Positions 9,875 to 19,526 of a DNA stretch of 64,000 bases are shown here, piece by piece. The stretch spans positions 638,698 to 702,697 of the forward strand of contig CAVQNW010000002.1 of the NCBI GenBank assembly GCA_963714335.1. Reading direction: 5' to 3'. Position 1 is the stretch's first letter. Every line of letters begins with the position of its first letter. The DNA is from an uncultured Actinomycetota bacterium. Its GTDB lineage: Bacteria; Actinomycetota; Thermoleophilia; Solirubrobacterales; Solirubrobacteraceae. Made by a program: the position numbers and the translations under genes. The notes under the pieces are model-generated. The model was not told where the DNA came from, ran no database searches, and worked only from the letters and a program-made list of their open reading frames with translations.

Positions 9875-10507
9875 GTGAGCCAGCCCGAGCCCCTGATCCG
9901 TCCGCCGCTGCAGCGACGCAGCCAGGAGTCGCTCGAGCGGGTACTCCAAGCCGGCTTCGAGCTGCTGCAGGAGCGCGGTTTCGAGGGGTTCACCCTGCAG
10001 GAGGTGAGCGCGCGGGCAAACGTCTCGATCGGCTCGATCTACGCGCGCGTGCCGAGCCGTGAGGCGCTGATCAAGGCGGTCTACGAGCGCGCGATGCTGT
10101 GGACCGAGGAGCAGGCCGAGCCGCTCGAGCGGGCCGCCCACCGTCCGGGGACGACGCGCGAACAGGTCGAGGCGATTGTGGTTGAGATGGGGACTCAGGT
10201 GCTGGCCCACGGCGACGTGCTGCGGGTATTCATGCGTCAGGCGCCGCTCGAACCGTGGATCATGGAGCGTGCGGCCGAGAAGTCTCGGAGCACATGCGAG
10301 GTCTTTTCGCACGCGATCCTCGAACACCGCGACGAAATCAGACATGCGGATCCCGAGCTGGCCGTCGATGTCGCCTGGCGCATTGTCTACAACACGACAG
10401 CGCGGCGGATCACACACGGGCCGACGTTCGAGTCCGAACGGCCGCTGAGCGATGAACAGCTCGAGCGGGAGCTGGCACGGGCCGTCGCGGACTACCTGCT
10501 CTGCTGA
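9875..10507 (+). CDS. TetR/AcrR family transcriptional regulator
   Basis: PLQRRSQESLERVL...GFEGFTLQEVSARANVSIGSIY HTH; GTG start inferred. Confidence 0.9.
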   Translation: MSQPEPLIRPPLQRRSQESLERVLQAGFELLQERGFEGFTLQEVSARANVSIGSIYARVPSREALIKAVYERAMLWTEEQAEPLERAAHRPGTTREQVEAIVVEMGTQVLAHGDVLRVFMRQAPLEPWIMERAAEKSRSTCEVFSHAILEHRDEIRHADPELAVDVAWRIVYNTTARRITHGPTFESERPLSDEQLERELARAVADYLLC

Positions 10508-10534
10508 GGACTCAGACAAGGATCGGCTGATCCT

Positions 10535-11293
10535 TCAGTCGAGGATCCCCACGACCCGCGCCGGCGCGGCGCTGGCCCGTGAGATCTTCAGCGGGAAGCA
10601 GGCGACGCGGAAGCCCGTCTTCGGCAGCGCGGCAAGGTTGGTGAGCCGCTCGATCTGGGAATACGGCAGGTCGACCTGGTGAGCGGCCCACATGATGCCC
10701 TGCTCGCCGCGCTCGCGCGCGACCTCGGCCTGCAGGCGCAGCGGCGCGTCCCAGCCCCAGGCGTCGATGCCCATCACGCGTACCCCGTGATCCCACAGCC
10801 AGCGTGTGGCCTCAGCGGTCACGCCCGGACCGTGATGCATGTAGTCGCGCTGCCCGTAATAGCGGTCGGTGCCGGTGTGGACCAGGACGATGTCCAGGGG
10901 CCTCAGCTGATGACCGGCGGCCTCGATACCGGCGCGCACCTGCTCGGCGGTGACCGCGTCACCGTCCTCGCGATCGAGTGCGTCGACGACCACACCGGGA
11001 GCGAAGAACCAGTCGAGTGGCAGTTCGTCGATCGTCTCCGACGGCCTGCCCTGGATCGTCGAGTTGTAGTGATACGGAGCGTCCAGGTGGGTGACGCTAT
11101 GGGTGCCGATCGAGAGTCGCTCACCGGCGGGGCCCTCACCGCGCAGGAGCAGGCTGCTGTCCGTCCCGAACCCCTGCTCGAACTCTCGCGCGCCGTTGGC
11201 GTGGTCCTGGTAGCTGACCTCGCTGCGCAGGAAGTCCGGCAGATCGGGCGGGTCCGAGACGATCAGGTGAGAGAGGTCGACGATCTTGGTCAT
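10535..11293 (-). CDS. Cyclase family protein (kynurenine formamidase-like metal hydrolase)
   Basis: THSVTHLDAPYHY (HxGTHxDAP variant), DIVLVHTG, MGIDAWGWD, QIERLTNL. Confidence 0.92.
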   Translation of the reverse strand: MTKIVDLSHLIVSDPPDLPDFLRSEVSYQDHANGAREFEQGFGTDSSLLLRGEGPAGERLSIGTHSVTHLDAPYHYNSTIQGRPSETIDELPLDWFFAPGVVVDALDREDGDAVTAEQVRAGIEAAGHQLRPLDIVLVHTGTDRYYGQRDYMHHGPGVTAEATRWLWDHGVRVMGIDAWGWDAPLRLQAEVARERGEQGIMWAAHQVDLPYSQIERLTNLAALPKTGFRVACFPLKISRASAAPARVVGILD

Positions 11294-12237
11294 GGGGTGG
11301 CTCCGTTCAGCTCTTGGATCACTTCGGCGAGCGCCTCCATCTGTGGCATCGGAATCATCACCGAGGAGATGCCGTGGCGCGCGCCCAGCTCGCCCAGCTT
11401 CTGCGCCATCGCGGCGGGCGGACCGGTCAGCACCATCGGCGACTCGGCGAGCGCCTCCTCGCCGAACTTCGCGGCGAGCATCGAGATGAAGTGCTCGCCC
11501 GACGCAATCGCGGCGCGTACAGCGTCGACGCCGCCAGTGGGGTGGGGAATCGTCGCGGCGAGCGGCAGCTGCAGCTCGAGCGCCGAGAAGCGCTGCGGCG
11601 CCGCATTTCGCACCTGTTGCACCATCGTCTCCAGCGCCTGGTCGCTGGGGTCGGGCGACTGCAGCATGCTCACACTGACGATGTCAGCCGCATGGGCGGC
11701 GAGCGCCAGCATCCGCGGGCGCGTGGCGCCGATCATGATCGGCGGATGGGGCCGCTGCACCGGCGGCGGCTCGCCGACCATCGATTCGATCGTGAAGAAC
11801 TCGCCGGCGAAGCTGAACGGTGTCTCGGCCGAGATGACGCCCTTGACCACCTGGACGTACTCGCTCAAGCGGCGCAGACGCTCGGGCGCGGGATCAAACG
11901 CTATCCCGGCCATGCGGTACTCGGGCTCGTTCCACCCCAGCCCCAGCCCCAGCTCGAGCCGGCCGTCGCTGAGGACGTCGAGCGATGCCGCCTCGCGTGC
12001 GAGCACGGCCGGGTGTCGGAAGTCCTGGTTGAGCACCGAGGTGCCTATCCTGATGCGCTCCGTCGCCATGGCGGCGGCGGTCAGCGCCGGGATCGGGGCG
12101 AAGTGCGAGAAGTGCCGACCGGCGAGCTCGAGGTGGTCCGAGCAGAGGACAACGTCGTACCCGAGCTGCTCAGCGCGACGGACCGCCTGCACATAACCGT
12201 CGCGCGTCGGCGCGCCGACCACGACCCCGAAGCGCAT
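11290..12237 (-). CDS. LLM-class, probably F420-dependent oxidoreductase
   Basis: SDHL, TERIRIGTSVLNQDFRHPAVLARE, SDGRLELGLGLGW, PVQRPHPPIMIG. Confidence 0.88.
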   Translation of the reverse strand: MRFGVVVGAPTRDGYVQAVRRAEQLGYDVVLCSDHLELAGRHFSHFAPIPALTAAAMATERIRIGTSVLNQDFRHPAVLAREAASLDVLSDGRLELGLGLGWNEPEYRMAGIAFDPAPERLRRLSEYVQVVKGVISAETPFSFAGEFFTIESMVGEPPPVQRPHPPIMIGATRPRMLALAAHAADIVSVSMLQSPDPSDQALETMVQQVRNAAPQRFSALELQLPLAATIPHPTGGVDAVRAAIASGEHFISMLAAKFGEEALAESPMVLTGPPAAMAQKLGELGARHGISSVMIPMPQMEALAEVIQELNGATP

Positions 12238-12767
12238 CAGTGACCGCCTGGGCCCGAGCGCAAGGGTTCGCGGCCGTCCCAGCCGACCGACGCGGAGCGG
12301 ATCGCCTCGTAGAAGCCCTCGATCTCCGGACCACGTTGGAGCAGCTCGACGTGGTGGCCGAGCTGTGCACGGCCGTCGTGCCAGCGCGCGGACACAGGTC
12401 CGCTCGAGCCGGCGTGGAACACCGGCAGGCCGGCTTCCTCCAGCGCCGAGCTCTCTGCGTCGAGGTCGTCGACCAGCATCCCGACGTGGCCGACCCGCGG
12501 GGCGCTCCCGCCGATCAGCTCGGCGAGCTCGGGGGGATCGGCGGAGTGCACGACGGTCAACTCAACCTTGATCTCGCCCCACTGCCCGAAGGCCGAGGAG
12601 TGGTCGTAGCGGGCCGGCTCGCCGTTGTATGTGCATACGTCGAATGCGAGATGGGCGACGAGGAAGAAGGGGCCGGCACCGAGCGTCTGCACCGCCCACG
12701 CGACGCCGTCCTCGATGTCATCGACGACGTAGCCGACGTGGCCGATCGGTGGAAGGGGCAGGGTCAT
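12237..12767 (-). CDS. VOC family protein (Glyoxalase_4-like)
   Basis: IGHVGYVVDDIE...LGAGPF...VELT...HVGMLVDD...GHHVELL. Confidence 0.88.
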   Translation of the reverse strand: MTLPLPPIGHVGYVVDDIEDGVAWAVQTLGAGPFFLVAHLAFDVCTYNGEPARYDHSSAFGQWGEIKVELTVVHSADPPELAELIGGSAPRVGHVGMLVDDLDAESSALEEAGLPVFHAGSSGPVSARWHDGRAQLGHHVELLQRGPEIEGFYEAIRSASVGWDGREPLRSGPGGH

Positions 12768-12786
12768 GCCATTGGATTCATACCGG

Positions 12787-12805
12787 GTTGTGCATACGCA
12801 TGCAA
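12787..12805 (+). promoter_or_regulatory. Putative GntR-family operator, copy 2 (GTTGTGCATACGCATGCAA)
   Basis: About 20 bp upstream of the VOC-LLM-cyclase operon start. Confidence 0.62.
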
Positions 12806-12955
12806 GGACGGATCGGGGCCTGGAGGACGCGGCGGCAGGAAGTTACGGGCGAAACCCCGTGAAGCTATGGGCAAAACACGTCAAAGATGACGGTGAACGT
12901 CCGAGCTTTGGTGTCGGGGCTAACCACGGAGTGTCGAGCTCTCGTCGTCTTGCCG

Positions 12956-13735
12956 TCACGTGGTCTTGATCAGGCCGCCGTCGATGACGTAGTTCACACC
13001 TGTGATGTTGTCGCTGCGTGGGGAGGCGAGCAAGGTGACCAGGGTTGCGACCTCTTCGGGCTTGGTGAACCGGCCCGTGGGTATGCCTGCGACAGCCGAT
13101 TCGCGAACGGTGTCCGCATCAACCCCGGTGGCCTCGCCTATGGTTGCGGCAACGCCGTGCTCGCCGAGCCATAGGTCGGTACTCACCTGGCCGGGCGAGA
13201 CACAGTTGACACGCACACCGCTTGGACCGAATTCCTGTGCGAGCGACTTGCTCAAGTTGACCACCGCCGCCTTGGCGACACCGTAATCGACGGTGGCGGC
13301 ATCGGGCTGGAAGAAGGAATTGATCGAGGCCACGTTGACAATCGATCCCGAGCGCTGCTCGAGCATTGGGCCAAGAGCCGCCCTTGTCGCACGCAGCGTC
13401 GTGAAGAAGTCGATGTTCAGCGCCCACTCGAACTCCTCGTCGCTGGTCCCCAGGAATCCCTCTGTTCGGATGCGTACCGCGCCGACATTGTTGACGAGCA
13501 CGTCGAGGCGGCCGTGCTCTTCAATCGCACGTTGTACGAGTAGCGCCGGCCCGTCCGCGGCCGCGAGATTCACCGGCACGGCAATGGCACGGTCCAGACC
13601 ATCGAGGTTGCCGGTTGTCAACGATCCGGCGACGACATACGCACCCTCGGCCAGGAGCCCCTGCGTGACGGCCAAGCCGATGCCTCGGTTCGCTCCAGTG
13701 ACGACCGCGACTTTGCCGGCGAGCTCAAGATCCAT
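12956..13735 (-). CDS. SDR family oxidoreductase
   Basis: TGANRGIG, LVNNVG, YGVAK catalytic YxxxK, VNCVSPG. Confidence 0.93.
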   Translation of the reverse strand: MDLELAGKVAVVTGANRGIGLAVTQGLLAEGAYVVAGSLTTGNLDGLDRAIAVPVNLAAADGPALLVQRAIEEHGRLDVLVNNVGAVRIRTEGFLGTSDEEFEWALNIDFFTTLRATRAALGPMLEQRSGSIVNVASINSFFQPDAATVDYGVAKAAVVNLSKSLAQEFGPSGVRVNCVSPGQVSTDLWLGEHGVAATIGEATGVDADTVRESAVAGIPTGRFTKPEEVATLVTLLASPRSDNITGVNYVIDGGLIKTT

Positions 13736-14049
13736 GATCGGTCAGCCGTGCGACGCAGCGTGGTCGGCGGGTCTTCGTCATCGTGTTCTCCTCCAGGGGG
13801 TTGGACACACGCTGGCCCGGCTATCGGGGTGGGCGCATCTGCGCCGAGCCCGGTCCGATGCCGCTGGGTGCCTGCCTGACGGCTTTGATTCCTGTCCGGC
13901 CGTCTGCCGCCAGTCTGGCGGCGCACCCACAAGGGCCCACTCACTCTCCTCTGATCGAGGGAGAAGTCAAGTTTGACGGGCCTGCTTCCCGCCGCCGGCG
14001 AGCATCCCGCCGACGCGGACCTACGCGGAAGATCGGGTGTATGCCCCGG

Positions 14050-14856
14050 TCACGCGGGACGCTCCGCGACCACGTAACGAAAGACGTTGCGAATCGTTAC
14101 GGCGCCGTCGCCGCCGACGAACGGCGTCATCGCGTCGGTCAGCGCCGCGCCGACGCGATCGCGCCCGGCGGCCCTGGCAGCCCGTGCGCCGCCGGCCGAA
14201 CAGAGCAGCGCTCGCAGGGTCGCATCGCGGTCGGCGTAGTGCCACGCGACGGCAAGCTCGCCGGCCCCACACACCGTCAGGCCGGCGAGGCGCACCGCCT
14301 GTTCGAGGCCGCCCGGTTGCGAGAGCGCGTAGGGCGCATAGCCGTCCTCCTTGCCCTCGACCGCCTCGACCAGGTTCTTCATCGCGAGGTGCAGGACCGT
14401 ACCCTCATTGCGCTCGGGCTCGGCAAAGAGCGCGACCACCAGGAGTCCATCGGGTCGCAACACCCGCGCGGCCTCGCGCAGGGCGTGCCCGGGATCGGGC
14501 GCGAACTGAATCGCGTTGGCGGCGGTGACGACCTCGAAGCTCGCATCGGCGAACGGCAGCGCCGAGATGTCACCGTCACGCAGGTCGGCCTCCGGCGTGC
14601 GCTCGCGCGCGATCTCAAGCAGCGCGGGACAGATGTCGATGCCCGCGACCACAGCCCCGCGCTGCGCCGCGAGCTGGCAGAGCAGCCCCGAGCCGCAGCC
14701 GAGGTCGAGGAGCGTCGTGCCCTGATCCACCCCGCCCACATCGAGCATGCGCTCGTAGAGAGGCAGGTTCTCAGGCTCGGCCAACTCCGCCCAGTCGCGG
14801 GGCGCCGTGCCCCAGAGCAGCCGCTGCGCTGCGAGGATCTCCAGATGATCGTTCAT
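14050..14856 (-). CDS. Class I SAM-dependent methyltransferase
   Basis: LLDLGCGSG motif I, LPFADASFEVV, LREAARVLRPDG. Confidence 0.88.
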   Translation of the reverse strand: MNDHLEILAAQRLLWGTAPRDWAELAEPENLPLYERMLDVGGVDQGTTLLDLGCGSGLLCQLAAQRGAVVAGIDICPALLEIARERTPEADLRDGDISALPFADASFEVVTAANAIQFAPDPGHALREAARVLRPDGLLVVALFAEPERNEGTVLHLAMKNLVEAVEGKEDGYAPYALSQPGGLEQAVRLAGLTVCGAGELAVAWHYADRDATLRALLCSAGGARAARAAGRDRVGAALTDAMTPFVGGDGAVTIRNVFRYVVAERPA

Positions 14857-14908
14857 GGGCCGGGGTCTTTCATGCGCCTGATCGTTTCTTCCAGGCGGAT
14901 CCTCCCAG

Positions 14909-14927
14909 GTTGCGCATACGCATGCAA
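14909..14927 (+). promoter_or_regulatory. Putative GntR-family operator, copy 3 (GTTGCGCATACGCATGCAA)
   Basis: Between the divergent methyltransferase and amidohydrolase genes; 18/19 identical to copy 2. Confidence 0.62.
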
Positions 14928-14945
14928 AGGCCGTAGGCTCTGACC

Positions 14946-15866
14946 ATGCCACGGATCGACATGCATGCGCACGTCCGGCCCGCGACCTACGTCGAGGCGC
15001 TGCCGCAGCAGGTCGCCGCCGCGAACGGACCGATCCCGGTGGCGGCACTCGATGAGGTCATGCGGAGATACGGGATTGACGCGGCGGTGGTCTCGGCGGC
15101 GCCGCCAGGCGTGTTCTTCGGCGATCAGGGCCAGGCGAATGAGCTCGCGGGGATCCTCAACGCCGAGCTGGCTGCGATCGTGCGTGCGGCGCCGCAGCGG
15201 TTTGCCGCGCTTGCCACTCTGCCGCTGCCAGACGTGGACGCGGCGCTGCAAGCGTTGAGCCAGGCGCTCGACGTGCTGGGGCTGGACGGCGTGATGCTGG
15301 TCTCGCAGGTCGCCGGTACCTACCTCGGAGATGCCGCGCTTGAGCCGCTGATGACCGAGCTTGACCGCCGCGGCGCCTATGTGTTCGTGCACCCGACCTT
15401 CCCGCCGAACGGGCAGCCGCTCCCGCAGCACCCGATCTGGCTCTACGAGTTTCCGTTCGAGACCACGCGCGCGATCGTCAACCTGCTCTACAGCGGAACG
15501 TTCGAGCGTCACCCGCACATCCGCTGGCAGTTCGCGCACCTCGGCGGCACCGCGCCGTTTCTCGCTAATCGCATCGCGTCGCTCGCCGAGCGCGAGCCCG
15601 ACAAGACCACGAGCGCGCCCGCTGGCGCGCTCGCATATCTCGCCAGCCAGTACTACGACACAGGCCTCTCAAACCACGAGGTCGCGGTGGAAGCGACACG
15701 CCAGGTGACGCCGTTTGAGCACATCGTCTTCGGCAGCGACTGGCCGTACCTGGCGCTACCGGAGGGCTGTGACATCGCTCCTGGGCTCAGCTACCTGGGC
15801 GCGGACGGGCGGCGCATGCTGGAGGCCGAGCATGCCCGCGCTCTGGTGCCGCGCCTTTTCAGCTGA
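14946..15866 (+). CDS. Amidohydrolase_2 family protein (aromatic acid decarboxylase/ACMSD-like)
   Basis: IDMHAH, VFVHP, FETTRA, AHLGG, YYDT, IVFGSDWPY. Confidence 0.9.
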   Translation: MPRIDMHAHVRPATYVEALPQQVAAANGPIPVAALDEVMRRYGIDAAVVSAAPPGVFFGDQGQANELAGILNAELAAIVRAAPQRFAALATLPLPDVDAALQALSQALDVLGLDGVMLVSQVAGTYLGDAALEPLMTELDRRGAYVFVHPTFPPNGQPLPQHPIWLYEFPFETTRAIVNLLYSGTFERHPHIRWQFAHLGGTAPFLANRIASLAEREPDKTTSAPAGALAYLASQYYDTGLSNHEVAVEATRQVTPFEHIVFGSDWPYLALPEGCDIAPGLSYLGADGRRMLEAEHARALVPRLFS

Positions 15867-15912
15867 GAGCCCCTCCCGCTCGACGAGCCGGGCGCCCTGA
15901 GTTTGTCGTTGG

Positions 15913-17034
15913 TCAGATCGGCTCGGCGAGCTTCGCGAACGACTCCGCGGTGAGCTTCGGCGCGTCGGGATTCGGCGGCCCGCCCTCCTGCTCCCATCTG
16001 GAGAGCTGCAGCGAATTGTTGACTACTACCGCCGCGCGCTCATAGCGCCGCTGGGCCAGCTGCTGCCCAAGTTCAAGCGGGGACACCTCCGCGAGCGCCA
16101 GTTCCTTCAGGACGACGGCGTCCTCGATCGCAAGCCCCGCGCCGAAGGCGAGCTGCGGAGTGGTCGTGTGAACCGCGTCGCCGATGAGGACGACGCGGCC
16201 GGCATGCCATGGCGGTTCCAGCAGCAACCACTTCAATGCGCGAAAGTCGAGCTGCGTTGGATCGGTGGCCTGCCGGGCCACCTCGGGGGCGTAGCCGCCG
16301 TACGCGGCCATGCGCTCGTGGAACAGATCGAGCAGTTGGTCGGCCGCGGGACGCTCAGGCCCGAGCGTTGAGTCGAGCATCCACAGATAGAGGTCGTCGC
16401 CGGGTAGGGGCACGAGCCCGATGCGATGCGGGCCGGCCACCATCACCGTGTACCCGTCCAGGCCCTCGGGACAGCGGGCGGCCATCCGCCAGATCGACTG
16501 ACCTGCGTCCTGGGCGCCGGGCGCGCCCGGGAGGATCATCGCTCTCAGGGTCGAATTGACGCCCTCCGCGCCGATCACGAGGTCGTAGCGTTCGACCGAC
16601 CCATCGCTCAGCCGCACCTCGACACCGCCGTCCTGGTCACGGACCCCCTCGATGGTGGTGCCGAGTCTGACCGGCACGTCGTGTGCTGCGATCGCCCGGA
16701 GCAGGAACTCATGCAACGCGGCCCTGCTGAGGTTGACGAAGGGCGGGTCCTCAGGCTCGTTGACGTTGACGTTCGGGATCTCGGCGAGCTTGCGACCGTC
16801 GGCCGCACAGATGTCCAGCTTCGGGTGTACGCGGGCGATGCTGACCAATTCGTCGAACAGTCCCAACGTCTTGAGCGCACGCAGCGGCGGGCTCTGCAGG
16901 GCGATCCCGACGCCGGTCGGCCGCCAGTCGGTCATCAGCTCGACAATGCTGCAGTCCCAGCCGGCCTGGCTCAGAGCAACCGCTGTGGTCAGACCGGCGG
17001 GACCCCCTCCGGCTATCAGTGCATGACGCGTCAT
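15913..17034 (-). CDS. FAD-dependent monooxygenase (class A aromatic hydroxylase-like)
   Basis: IAGGGPAGL, DLVIGAEGVNSTLR (DG motif variant), VVLIGDAVHTTTPQLAFGAGLAIEDA. Confidence 0.9.
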   Translation of the reverse strand: MTRHALIAGGGPAGLTTAVALSQAGWDCSIVELMTDWRPTGVGIALQSPPLRALKTLGLFDELVSIARVHPKLDICAADGRKLAEIPNVNVNEPEDPPFVNLSRAALHEFLLRAIAAHDVPVRLGTTIEGVRDQDGGVEVRLSDGSVERYDLVIGAEGVNSTLRAMILPGAPGAQDAGQSIWRMAARCPEGLDGYTVMVAGPHRIGLVPLPGDDLYLWMLDSTLGPERPAADQLLDLFHERMAAYGGYAPEVARQATDPTQLDFRALKWLLLEPPWHAGRVVLIGDAVHTTTPQLAFGAGLAIEDAVVLKELALAEVSPLELGQQLAQRRYERAAVVVNNSLQLSRWEQEGGPPNPDAPKLTAESFAKLAEPI

Positions 17035-17138
17035 GTGGAAACCGAACCGGGATTCTAAACGCCCGCGCGCGGTCGTCGGGGACGCGCGACCGACCGGGTT
17101 GCGGCCAGCGGGCCGCAACCCGAGGGGCCCGGCTGGGA

Positions 17139-18674
17139 TCAGACCAGCATCGGGCTGGGCGCCGCTTCGTCCTGGGTGTAGTCCGGTCGGCGCTTCGGCA
17201 GCGTGAGCGAGCCGAGCAGCGCAACCACCAGCAGCACGCACGCCCAAACGAACGTGTTGCCGAAGGCGATCGCCATCGGCTCAGCGACCTTCTCGCGTAC
17301 CGCCGCTGGAACGGCGGTGTGGCCGATCGTGCCGTGATTGCCGTGTCCCAGCTGCGCCGCCAGAGCAGTGGTGAGAATCACCGACATGACGGCGGTGCCG
17401 ATCGACGCGCCTGTCTGCTGAAGGATGTTCAGCACAGTCGAGGCGCGCGCGGCAGCGGCAGCCTTGATCGACTGCAGCGCCCCGGTGTAGATCGGCATCA
17501 TCGCGAAACCCATCCCGAGCCCGAACACAAACAGGTCGATGCAGATGGCGGCCCACGAGGTGTGGGCGCCGATCTGCGTCAGCCAGGCGACCGACGCGAC
17601 CACCGTGATCAAGCCGAAGGGGACGATCCGCCCCGAGCCGGTCCTGTCCGAAAGCTGGCCGGCGATCGGCATCGTGATCATCGAGCCGAGGCCCTGTGGC
17701 GCCAACAGCACGCCCGCCATCAGCGGCGACACGCCGCGAACCGACTGGAAGTAGAGCGGCAACAGCAGGAACGCCCCGAACACGGAGATGCACATCAGGA
17801 TCAGCGACATGGACGAGGTCGCGAACGCGCGGTTCTTGAACAGGCGCAGGTCGATCAGCGGGTCGGAAGCGCGCAGCGCGTGCCAGACAAATACGCACAG
17901 CAGCAGGATCCCGGCGAACAGCGGGATCAGCACCTTGCTCGAGTCGAAGCCGCCCGACGAGCTCGACTCGGCCAGCCCGTAGATCATCAGCGCAAGTCCG
18001 GGGGACACCAGTAGCAAATCCACTACATCGAGCCGCTGCGAGTGCTGGGCTATGTCTCGGGGCAGAACCCTGAACGCCAGCAGCAGGGCGGCGATCCCGA
18101 TTGGCAGGTTGATGAAGAAGATCCAGCGCCAGCTCACGTCGGTCACCAGCCAACCGCCCAGGATCGGGCCGAGGATCGGGCCGAGCAACATCGGCACCCC
18201 CATGATCGCCATCACGCGCCCGAGCCTCTGCGGTCCGGCGGCGCGCGTGAGAATCGTCATGCCGGCGGGCATGATCATGCCGCCGCCGAGGCCCTGAAGC
18301 ACGCGGAACAGGATGATCGTCGTCGAGGACCAGGCGAGACCAGACAGGCACGAACCGAGTACGAACATGGCGATCGAGCCCATGTACAGACGCTTGGTGC
18401 CGAAACGATCGGCGGCCCAGCCACTCAGCGGGATCACCGTCGCGAGGGCGAGCGTGTAGCCCGTGGCAACCCACTGGATCGTCGGCAGGGTCGTGTGGAA
18501 GCGTGTCGCCAGCGTGTCGACAGCGACGTTGACGACGGTCGTGTCGAGGATCGACATGACGGCGCCGAGCACGACCACCGTCGCGACCATCAGCAGCGCA
18601 CGGCTGATGTGAGTCGGGTCGTCAGCCTGGGGGTCAAGCCCGTCGACGATGATGGCGTCTTCGGTTGCGCTCAT
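17139..18674 (-). CDS. DHA2 family MFS efflux transporter (EmrB/QacA)
   Basis: SILDTTVVNVA, GWAADRFGTKR, RVLQGLGGG, WRWIFFINLPIG; ~14 hydrophobic segments. Confidence 0.93.
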   Translation of the reverse strand: MSATEDAIIVDGLDPQADDPTHISRALLMVATVVVLGAVMSILDTTVVNVAVDTLATRFHTTLPTIQWVATGYTLALATVIPLSGWAADRFGTKRLYMGSIAMFVLGSCLSGLAWSSTTIILFRVLQGLGGGMIMPAGMTILTRAAGPQRLGRVMAIMGVPMLLGPILGPILGGWLVTDVSWRWIFFINLPIGIAALLLAFRVLPRDIAQHSQRLDVVDLLLVSPGLALMIYGLAESSSSGGFDSSKVLIPLFAGILLLCVFVWHALRASDPLIDLRLFKNRAFATSSMSLILMCISVFGAFLLLPLYFQSVRGVSPLMAGVLLAPQGLGSMITMPIAGQLSDRTGSGRIVPFGLITVVASVAWLTQIGAHTSWAAICIDLFVFGLGMGFAMMPIYTGALQSIKAAAAARASTVLNILQQTGASIGTAVMSVILTTALAAQLGHGNHGTIGHTAVPAAVREKVAEPMAIAFGNTFVWACVLLVVALLGSLTLPKRRPDYTQDEAAPSPMLV

Positions 18675-18827
18675 GCTCTGACGGCCTCCTGACGTCGCGT
18701 GCGAAGAGGAAGAGAGAGGGAGCGACTCAGGCTAACGCAGTCCGCGGGGCGGCGATCTAACCGGACCAGCCGGTCCAGGGCGTCACCGCGCGCCACACGC
18801 CCGGCAGGTGCGTCAAACTCCGGCGCC

Positions 18828-19526
18828 GTGAGGATCGGCCTGTTCGCAACGTGTGTCGCAGACACGATGTTTCCCGAGGCTGCGCGCGCAACCGTGACCG
18901 TGCTTGAGCGTCTCGGGCACGAGGTGGTTGTGCCGGGCGAGCAGACGTGCTGCGGCCAGATGCACATGAACTCCGGCTACCGGCGCGAGGCGATCCCGCT
19001 GGCCGAGCACTTCGTGGCCACCTATGGCGAGTTCGATGCGGTCGTCTCGCCCTCGTCCTCGTGCGTCGGGGCGGTCAGGGTGCTCTACGGGCAGCTCCTC
19101 GGGATCGATCACCCGGTGCTGGAGCGGACGATGGAGCTCTCCGAGTTGCTCGTGCATCGGCTCGGCGTCGAGGATGTGGGTGCCACCTACCCGCACCGCG
19201 TGACCTACCACCCGACCTGCCATTCGCTGCGGGTGACGCGGATCGGCGACGCACCGCTGCGGCTGCTGCGCAACGTCAAGGGACTGGAGCTGCTCGAACT
19301 GCCGGATCAGAGCGAGTGCTGTGGTTTCGGTGGAACGTTCTCGATCAAGAACGCCGAGACCTCGAGCGCAATCCTGGCCGATAAGTGCAGCGCGATCGAG
19401 TCCACGGGCGCGGATGTCTGCACGGCGGTGGACGGTTCGTGCCTGCTGCAGATCGGCGGCGGGCTCTCGCGTCGCGGCGACCGGGTCCAGGCGGTCCACC
19501 TGGCGGAGATACTGGCGAGCCGATGA
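18828..19526 (+). CDS. lutA: L-lactate utilisation protein LutA/YkgE (CCG domains)
   Basis: LFATC, QTCCGQ, YHPTCHSLR, ECCGFGGTFSIKN. Confidence 0.9.
   Translation: MRIGLFATCVADTMFPEAARATVTVLERLGHEVVVPGEQTCCGQMHMNSGYRREAIPLAEHFVATYGEFDAVVSPSSSCVGAVRVLYGQLLGIDHPVLERTMELSELLVHRLGVEDVGATYPHRVTYHPTCHSLRVTRIGDAPLRLLRNVKGLELLELPDQSECCGFGGTFSIKNAETSSAILADKCSAIESTGADVCTAVDGSCLLQIGGGLSRRGDRVQAVHLAEILASR

Noticed and set aside
13740-14045. Possible small gene or regulatory RNA between the SDR and methyltransferase genes
   Set aside because: No recognisable protein motif, SD or convincing RNA structure
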